Below are positions 27,166 to 33,616 of a stretch of DNA of 36,030 bases, one piece after another; the stretch's first letter is position 1; each line of letters begins with the position of its first letter. Made by a program: the position numbers and the translations under genes. The DNA is from Rhodothermales bacterium (GTDB taxonomy: Bacteria > Bacteroidota > Rhodothermia > Rhodothermales > VXPQ01), in contig JBBDTI010000016.1 in assembly GCA_040904565.1 (NCBI GenBank), positions 96,298 to 132,327 of the forward strand. The letters are read 5' to 3'. The notes under the pieces were generated by a model, which saw nothing but the letters and a program-made list of their open reading frames with translations, searched no databases and was not told where the DNA came from.

Positions 27166-28959
27166 TCAAACGCTCGCCGGCTGCCGTGCCGGTTCGGGCG
27201 GCGTATGCTGCGGCCAGAAGTCGTCGTGAAAGTCGGGATGGCTATACTCGTAGGGCGCCCTGTAGACGCGGGGGAGCGTCTTGAAATTGCCGTGACCGAC
27301 CGGCGGCGATGGCGCGGCAGCCCACTCCAGCGTCGTCGCCTCCCAGTGATTGTCTTCCGCCGGCTTCCCTTTCCACATGCTCATGATCAGGTTCACGATG
27401 AAGGGGATCTGGAAGAGGAACAGCACCCAGGCGGCGATCGACATGACCTCGTTGTAGTGAATCACGCCCTGCGCATGCGCATAGACCTCACCTCCGTCGT
27501 AGAGCCTCCGCGAGACCCCGGCCAGGCCCTGGATGAACATCGGGAAGAAGATTAAATTCATGCTGATGAGGGTACCCCAGAAGTGGATCTTCCCCAGGGC
27601 ATCGTTCATCGTGCGCCCGGTCATCTTCGGGAACCAGTAATAGATGCCGCCCATGAGGGCGAGAATCGTACCGGGAGCGACCACGTAGTGGAAGTGGCCG
27701 ATCACGTAATACGTATCGTGCAGCGGAATATCCGTCGGCGCCAGCCCCAGCGGCAGCCCCGTGAGCCCGCCGATGCCGAACATGGGAAGGAATCCGAGCG
27801 CGAACAACATCGGCGTGGTAAAGCGTATCGATCCGCCCCAGAGCGAGATGAACAACGCCGTAAGGATGATCACGGACGGAATCGAAATGATCATCGTCGT
27901 GGTCTGGAAAAACGTGCTCATCACCTGGCCCATGCCCGTGATGAACATATGATGCGCCCACACGATGAAGGACATGAAGCCAAGAAACAAAAGGGCGTAG
28001 ACCATCACCTTGTAACCCCAGAGCGGCTTGCGCGTGTTGTTGGCGATGATCTCCGCCACGATGCCCATGGCCGGCAGGATCAGGACGTACACTTCCGGAT
28101 GGGCCAGGAACCAGAATAGATGCTGCCAGAGCAGCGGGCTGCCTCCTCCGGCAACGTCCAGGGCTTCACCGCTGACGACCAGGCCGGACGGCAGGAAGAA
28201 GCTCGTGTCGAGCAGGCGGTCGGACAGCTGCAGGACGGAGGCTGCTTCGAGCGGCGGGAAGGCCAGCAGCAGCAAGAACGACGTGACGAACTGCGCCCAT
28301 ACGAAGAACGGCATGCGCATGAACGTCATGCCGTCGGCGCGGAGCTGGATGATGGTCGTCAGGAAATTAACGGCACCGAGCAACGATGACGTGATGAGGA
28401 AAACCATCCCCAGCAGCCACATCGTCTGGCCCATCGTCTCGATGACGGAAAGCGGCGCGTAGGACGTCCAACCCGCCTTGGCCGCGCCCGCCGGGACGAA
28501 GAAACTCCCCAGCATCACGAGACCGCCCATGACGAAAACCCAGTAGCTCGCCATGTTCAGCTTGGGAAACGCCATGTCGGGCGCACCAATCTGAAGCGGC
28601 ACGATGTAGTTGCCGAAAGCGCCTACCGCCAGCGGAACGATGCCCAGGAATACCATGATCGTGCCGTGCATGGCCCCGAGCTGATTGTAGAACTCGGGAA
28701 GCATGACGCCTCCGGGCATCGTCTCGTCGCTGAAAAGGCTTCCAATGATCGGCAGGGCCTCACCAGGATAGGCGAGCTGCCACCTCATCAGCATCACGAG
28801 GGAGAACCCGAAGAGCAGGAAGAACAGTGACGTGATACCGTACTGAATCCCGATGACCTTATGGTCGGTCGAAAAAATGTACTTCCTCCAGAAAGGAAGG
28901 TCGTGGTGATGTCCTTCCTCACCGTCGTGGCTTTCTGGTGCGGTGGCGTGTTCAGCCAT
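27166..28959 (-). CDS. coxA: Heme-copper oxidase subunit I, A-family (HPEVY type) with an atypical K-channel
   Basis: STDHKVIG, MHGTIM, DMAFP, GWTSYAPL, WFLAHPEVY, WAHHMF, HDTYYVIGHFHY and GVSRR. Confidence 0.97.
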   Translation of the reverse strand: MAEHATAPESHDGEEGHHHDLPFWRKYIFSTDHKVIGIQYGITSLFFLLFGFSLVMLMRWQLAYPGEALPIIGSLFSDETMPGGVMLPEFYNQLGAMHGTIMVFLGIVPLAVGAFGNYIVPLQIGAPDMAFPKLNMASYWVFVMGGLVMLGSFFVPAGAAKAGWTSYAPLSVIETMGQTMWLLGMVFLITSSLLGAVNFLTTIIQLRADGMTFMRMPFFVWAQFVTSFLLLLAFPPLEAASVLQLSDRLLDTSFFLPSGLVVSGEALDVAGGGSPLLWQHLFWFLAHPEVYVLILPAMGIVAEIIANNTRKPLWGYKVMVYALLFLGFMSFIVWAHHMFITGMGQVMSTFFQTTTMIISIPSVIILTALFISLWGGSIRFTTPMLFALGFLPMFGIGGLTGLPLGLAPTDIPLHDTYYVIGHFHYVVAPGTILALMGGIYYWFPKMTGRTMNDALGKIHFWGTLISMNLIFFPMFIQGLAGVSRRLYDGGEVYAHAQGVIHYNEVMSIAAWVLFLFQIPFIVNLIMSMWKGKPAEDNHWEATTLEWAAAPSPPVGHGNFKTLPRVYRAPYEYSHPDFHDDFWPQHTPPEPARQPASV

Positions 28960-29070
28960 AGCGCATCGTCCGTATCTTGGTCGTCAAAATGGGTAGGTAG
29001 GGTACGCGCGTACCGATGTGGCGCACGCCGTTGGAGCGTGGGGTGCCGGATCACGGGTCACCCCGCCGAA

Positions 29071-29847
29071 TTAGCTTGCCGCCGCGCCGCCTTCGAAAGT
29101 AAAGTCGAGACTGACGGATTCACCGTCACCCACGCTCACGTTCTGCGTCTGGGTGCCGTACTCCTCGTGCCAGGCTTCGATCACGTAATCCCCAGCGGGG
29201 AGATTGTCGATCGAATAGCCCCCCGATTCGTCGGATGTGCTGAAGAAGGGATGCTCCGTTACCCCGGCCCAGGCCTCCATCCAGGGATGAACGTCGCACT
29301 TGATGCGTACCATGATCTCAGGAACGCGAAACGCTTCGTCACGCTGCTGACCGGCCGTAGGCATACCGAAATTAAACGGCCTGTTCTCGTTCGGAAGCGC
29401 ATGTATGTTGTGCAGCATCGGATCGCTGTTGTGAATCCTCAACGTCTGACCCGCCTGCACGCCGAAGACGTGGGGAGAGTACATGCACCCCTGCTGGTCC
29501 AGGATGACGGGCTCCTGACTCGGAGCGAACTGCTGGTCACCCAGACCTTCCTTGACGTAGACGAAGACCCAGCGCAGCGTACCGTTGTCGTTGACGACGA
29601 CGCGCTGGCTCAACGCCGGCTCGTCGCGCAGTCCCATGCATTCGCGATCGAGATTGAGCTCCTGGCGCTCCTGTGCCGTACCCGTGAATTGAATGGATCC
29701 CGCGACCGTGGCGCTTCCGGTCGGCGCCTGCTCGGCCGTGGCCGCGTCCGACTCGGACGCCCCACCAGATTCTCCGCCGCCTCCACAGCCGGCAAGGACG
29801 AAGGCTGAGGTGGTAACTGCAAGAACTAAAATCTTGATGCTGCTCAT
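29071..29847 (-). CDS. Lipoprotein with a cupredoxin-like copper motif and a carboxypeptidase-regulatory-like beta domain
   Basis: Lipobox LAGC, DQQGCMYSPHV, NSDPMLHNIH, CDVHPWM, then GGYSIDNLPAGDYVIEAWH; first gene of the operon. Confidence 0.85.
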   Translation of the reverse strand: MSSIKILVLAVTTSAFVLAGCGGGGESGGASESDAATAEQAPTGSATVAGSIQFTGTAQERQELNLDRECMGLRDEPALSQRVVVNDNGTLRWVFVYVKEGLGDQQFAPSQEPVILDQQGCMYSPHVFGVQAGQTLRIHNSDPMLHNIHALPNENRPFNFGMPTAGQQRDEAFRVPEIMVRIKCDVHPWMEAWAGVTEHPFFSTSDESGGYSIDNLPAGDYVIEAWHEEYGTQTQNVSVGDGESVSLDFTFEGGAAAS

Positions 29848-29859
29848 AGGGTACGTCAC

Positions 29860-30284
29860 TCTCTTTGGTGAATGAACAACCTATATGGAACAGCGTGAAC
29901 CGACTAGGCGGCCACTAAACACTGTATGCACATGGGGTGGCTTGTGCGCTATTCCCGACGACTTACGCACGAAAGGCGGCCTAACAACTACAGGCCGCCA
30001 GGCGCTTGCAACGGGACGTTACTGCTCTACGCTTCAATACGATGTTTCTCAAGACGGTCTCTGCTTTCCGTTACTACCTGGTTTCACTACTGAGATCCGT
30101 TGTGTACTGTGATTATCGAAAATATAGCAAAATTTCAAGCGCTAATGTAGCTGAATATGCCGGCAATCTATGCCGAAACGCAGATGGGAGATTGTTTTAG
30201 CTTGACGGCCCCATAGGAATTCCGGCACCAACCTCGATCGTTCCGTTCCTTCCGTCCTTCCTCGCCGAACGTCCTCGACGTACT
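29860..30284. promoter_or_regulatory. AT-richer divergent promoter/leader region of the oxidase operon
   Basis: About 425 bp between divergent genes; 8-bp stem ggcggcct/aggccgcc (29975-29999); palindrome cggca-N5-tgccg (30161-30175). Confidence 0.5.
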
Positions 30285-30644
30285 ATGGAGTGGCTCTGGC
30301 CGTTATTCGAACCATATATCCGAAAAGACTTCGAACGCAAAGGCATCGACGCACCCGCGGCGTCGGCCCTGCACGATGCGTTCGTACGGCTCGTCGGCAC
30401 GGTAACCGTAACGATCCTCGTCCAGGAGCCGTGGCGCGGTTCGGTGCGGTTCAAGGGACTGGACCGCATGCCGGCCGCGGAGAACATGGCGCTGCTCAAC
30501 GATCCGGAGGCGTATCTGTACGAACGCTTTGGCGGCGGCAAGTACAAGCTCAATTTCCACGAGGGCTGGAATTTCGTCGCGACACAGAATTTCAAGCCGG
30601 AAGGTGAACCGCGATGGAAGGACCTGCCCGGCATGGACTTCTGA
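30285..30644 (+). CDS. Hypothetical soluble protein
   Basis: 119 aa with an aromatic-rich, protein-like C-terminus (YLYERFGGGKYKLNFHEGWNFVATQNF) and GC-ending codons. Confidence 0.75.
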   Translation: MEWLWPLFEPYIRKDFERKGIDAPAASALHDAFVRLVGTVTVTILVQEPWRGSVRFKGLDRMPAAENMALLNDPEAYLYERFGGGKYKLNFHEGWNFVATQNFKPEGEPRWKDLPGMDF

Positions 30645-30679
30645 CCGCGGTTCCCGTCGAGGCCGGACGACGATCCCGC

Positions 30680-31144
30680 CTATCGGCGTTTCCCAGCGCC
30701 CCGGCGTCGATCCATCCACCTCCCCCATCCGGCTCGCGCGAGCAGCACGCACGCGCACACGGATACGACGAAGAATACGGCCGCTCCGTATGCTTCGGAA
30801 AGAGTGCCTCCCCATGGCATGGGTACCGCATCCCACTCTCCCCGAACCAGCAGGCGGCCAAGTCCCACGACGCGCACGCCTACAAGCACGGCCAGGACGC
30901 GCGTGAGCCACGTGTATTCCTTCCAGATCAGAACGGGCAACGCGACGACCATCGCGCCACCGAGCAGGAACCACCAGACGCTCCCAGGCCCCATCGCCCG
31001 TTCGGACGCGCCGGTCTGCGCCATATACAGCGCACCGAACAGATACAGTATCCCGTAGATCAGGTAGGCCGCGGCGGCCTGCCGATATTTCTTCGTATCC
31101 GCCTTCATGGGCTGTACTGCGGCATGGATGGTTTCACGTTGCAC
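30680..31144 (-). CDS. Hypothetical four-TM membrane protein
   Basis: Four hydrophobic segments; start uncertain (GTG 31144 or an internal ATG). Confidence 0.7.
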   Translation of the reverse strand: MQRETIHAAVQPMKADTKKYRQAAAAYLIYGILYLFGALYMAQTGASERAMGPGSVWWFLLGGAMVVALPVLIWKEYTWLTRVLAVLVGVRVVGLGRLLVRGEWDAVPMPWGGTLSEAYGAAVFFVVSVCACVLLARAGWGRWMDRRRGAGKRR

Positions 31145-31187
31145 GAACCGTTGGTATGTTTACGACCGTCCCCGATCCTTCCGGGTT

Positions 31188-31247
31188 ACGTTCTTCATCG
31201 CGTCCTTCGTCACGTTCTTCATCGCGTCCTTCGTCACGTTCTTCATC
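31188..31247. repeat. 24-bp tandem repeat (ACGTTCTTCATCGCGTCCTTCGTC), 2.5 copies, built from degenerate 12-mers
   Basis: Exact copies at 31188-31211 and 31212-31235, plus half copy at 31236-31247. Confidence 0.9.
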
Positions 31248-31257
31248 CCACGACAGC

Positions 31258-31743
31258 ATGATGTCCGGATCCGTCGAAAAAACGCCCGATCACCGGCAAC
31301 GCGTCGCCACGCTGCTTGCACTCCTTGCCGGCGAGAAAAGCCAGGAGGTCCTCGCCCGCCACGCGAGCCGCGAACGCGTCGCCTACGAGCTCACGCGCGT
31401 CTGGTTCGACGAGATCTACGTTCCTGGCGGGCGGTATCTCGGCGGACTCAAAGGCGACTTTTCCAGGGCGTCCGCCGAGACGTTCAACGATGCGTTCGAT
31501 CCCGTCGAAATCGCCGCCATGGAACGCTTCCACCGCTTTTTCGAGCTCCGGGTGGAGATGCTCCCGGGCGACTTCATCGAGGCGGAACGTATCCCGATCG
31601 ACGAACGCTGGCGCAGCCTGATGCGCGATGCCGGATACCTGCTGGAAGATCTCGGCATCGACGTCGGCGACCGCGGGCGGCGGCTTGCCTCCAGCCTGCA
31701 GGGTGTGGACGGACTCGCCTCGCTCATCCGTAGCGGAGGGTAA
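31258..31743 (+). CDS. Hypothetical alpha-helical protein
   Basis: ATG at 31258 after the repeat; protein-like sequence ELTRVWFDEIYVPG...WRSLMRDAGYLL. Confidence 0.7.
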   Translation: MMSGSVEKTPDHRQRVATLLALLAGEKSQEVLARHASRERVAYELTRVWFDEIYVPGGRYLGGLKGDFSRASAETFNDAFDPVEIAAMERFHRFFELRVEMLPGDFIEAERIPIDERWRSLMRDAGYLLEDLGIDVGDRGRRLASSLQGVDGLASLIRSGG

Positions 31744-32161
31744 GTGCTACGTAGACGACCACTCCCGCCAGCACGACGTGGGCCGCCGCGGCCCATCCGG
31801 CCCGTCGGCCCTTCCCGCTCGGTACCAGCACGAGACTGTACCACAGCTGGATGCCCACCATCCCCAGAAAAAGCACCAGTTTCACGCCCACGAGCTGGAG
31901 ATAGCGGCTGCCGTAGCTGAATCCCGTCATCACCCCCGCATTGATGACGTTGAAGATGCCGCTCAACAGGATGACGAAGATGAGTTCGCGGCTCAATCGC
32001 TGGAAACGCAGCACGAGCCGTTCCACGAGCTCGTCGGCACGCTCGGGAAGGAGGCGACGCACGTAGGGTGCCACGACGAACGGGATGGCGATCATCCCTC
32101 CCACCCAGGCGATGACGCCCGCGAGGTGTATCCACAATACGACGATGCGAAACGTGAGCAC
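31724..32161 (-). CDS. CopD/DUF4149-like four-TM membrane protein
   Basis: WIHLAGVIAWVGG, RFQRLS, LLSG and GVKLVLF patterns; GTG start 3 nt after the upstream stop. Confidence 0.7.
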   Translation of the reverse strand: MLTFRIVVLWIHLAGVIAWVGGMIAIPFVVAPYVRRLLPERADELVERLVLRFQRLSRELIFVILLSGIFNVINAGVMTGFSYGSRYLQLVGVKLVLFLGMVGIQLWYSLVLVPSGKGRRAGWAAAAHVVLAGVVVYVALTLRYG

Positions 32162-32164
32162 GGC

Positions 32165-32713
32165 CTACATCCCGAGCTGCCCGCGCGCCCGATCGAGCAC
32201 GTCGACCGTCACTTCGTCCACCCCTTCCTCTCGCGCAAATTCCTCGACACCCTTCATCACCATCGAGCGGGCATAGGATGGAATTTTTTCCATCCGCGTC
32301 CGCGCCGCGTCGGACCAGGACACGGCGTCCGCCTCGAAGGCCTCGTTCACCATCCCGGTAAACGGACACTTGGACGTGCCGTCCGACGGCGATCCGTCGC
32401 CACCGTGTCCGGGCTCGGGTCCCGCCGAGTGACTTGCCTCAGCGTGCTCCGGCGCACCGTGCCCCTCGCCTGCGGCCGGTCGTGCGCCGGCGAGCCCCGA
32501 ACGAATCCCCTCCATGGGCTCCGCCTCGACGGTGCGCCCGCCGATCTTGACGCCGAGAGATCGAACGACCTGCGTCTCGCTGGCATTCGTGAGCATCGCC
32601 GTCCGGCGCTCGCAGCTCGGGCATACAAACACGACCGTCATGGAGCCCCGATCCGGACCCCGCGTGTCGACGAGGGCCATCGCTTCATCACATTCGACAC
32701 AGAGAAATTTCAT
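32165..32713 (-). CDS. CxxC...CxxC zinc-finger-like domain plus PCP_red (BchB/ChlB C-terminal-like) domain protein
   Basis: MKFLCVECD...FVCPSC, linker with KCPF, then WSDAARTRMEKIPSYARSMVMKGVEEFAREEGVDEVT; ATGA overlap with mrp. Confidence 0.8.
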   Translation of the reverse strand: MKFLCVECDEAMALVDTRGPDRGSMTVVFVCPSCERRTAMLTNASETQVVRSLGVKIGGRTVEAEPMEGIRSGLAGARPAAGEGHGAPEHAEASHSAGPEPGHGGDGSPSDGTSKCPFTGMVNEAFEADAVSWSDAARTRMEKIPSYARSMVMKGVEEFAREEGVDEVTVDVLDRARGQLGM

Positions 32714-33600
32714 AGCTGATCCATCATGGATTGTACATCGTTCGCCAGGTTGAAGAAGGCCTTCGCCGCGGGACGCTCCGGATGATCCTGCGGAAAGGAT
32801 CGCCCCTCGTCCGCCGCCATCCCGATCGCCGGATCGAAGGGAATGCGCGCCACCACCCGCACGCCCAGTCCTCGGGCCAGCGCGTCCACGCTGCCGGACG
32901 GGAAGAGATCGTCGGCCTCGCCGCAATGCGGACACACGTAGGCTCCCATGTTCTCGATGAGTCCGACCGAAGGCACGTGGAGGTGCTCCTGCATCAGGCG
33001 CACCGAGCGGCCGACGACGGACATCGAGACCGCCGACGGGATGGTCACGACCAGCGCACCGTCGATGCGGGGCACGACGCCGGCCAGCGTCGGCAGCCGA
33101 TCGGAGCCCGGCGGCAGGTCGACGAGGAGCACGTCCAGCTCCCCCCATTCCGTGTCCGCAATCAGCTCCCGCAGCGCGCCGGCTTCCCGCAAGCCACGCC
33201 ACGCGGCCCCGTCCGTCTGCGACGGGGCGTCCCAGACGACCGGCGCCGTCTCATCGGCCAGAAACAAATCCATCGACATCACCCGCACACCGGCGCTCGT
33301 CTCGGCGGGGAGGACGCCGGCTCCTTTCCGTCGAATGGGTGCCTCAAGCACGCCCGCCATACGTCCGAGCGAGGGCCCGTTGATGTCGCCGTCGACGATC
33401 CCCACCCGAGCTCCCGTATGGGCCAGCGCGGCGGCCAGGTTGACGGCAACCGTGCTCTTGCCCACGCCGCCCTTACCGCTCATCACGGCTACGATGCGAC
33501 GCACGTCGGACAGCCGGCCGGCAAGGCGGTCGGACTGCGCCTCTACCTGACCGACGACGTCGGATCCACCGTCCGTCGCAATATCGTGGTACGTCTTCAT
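32710..33600 (-). CDS. mrp: Mrp/ApbC/NBP35 family P-loop ATPase (Fe-S cluster carrier)
   Basis: SGKGGVGKS deviant Walker A, DGDINGPS, WGELDVLLVDLPPG and ENMGAYVCPHC. Confidence 0.9.
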   Translation of the reverse strand: MKTYHDIATDGGSDVVGQVEAQSDRLAGRLSDVRRIVAVMSGKGGVGKSTVAVNLAAALAHTGARVGIVDGDINGPSLGRMAGVLEAPIRRKGAGVLPAETSAGVRVMSMDLFLADETAPVVWDAPSQTDGAAWRGLREAGALRELIADTEWGELDVLLVDLPPGSDRLPTLAGVVPRIDGALVVTIPSAVSMSVVGRSVRLMQEHLHVPSVGLIENMGAYVCPHCGEADDLFPSGSVDALARGLGVRVVARIPFDPAIGMAADEGRSFPQDHPERPAAKAFFNLANDVQSMMDQL

Positions 33601-33616
33601 CGTCTACGGTCGGTCA

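Noticed and set aside
27166-28959. Subunit I as a nitric oxide reductase, quinol oxidase or pseudogene
   Set aside because: The cross-linking Tyr (HPEVY) and all His ligands are intact, subunit II has a full CuA motif, and the ORF is uninterrupted
32714-33202. N-terminal extension of the 345-aa ORF 32165..33202
   Set aside because: Overlaps mrp in another frame; the real start is ATG 32713 (MKFLC) with an ATGA overlap, so no fusion or frameshift is needed
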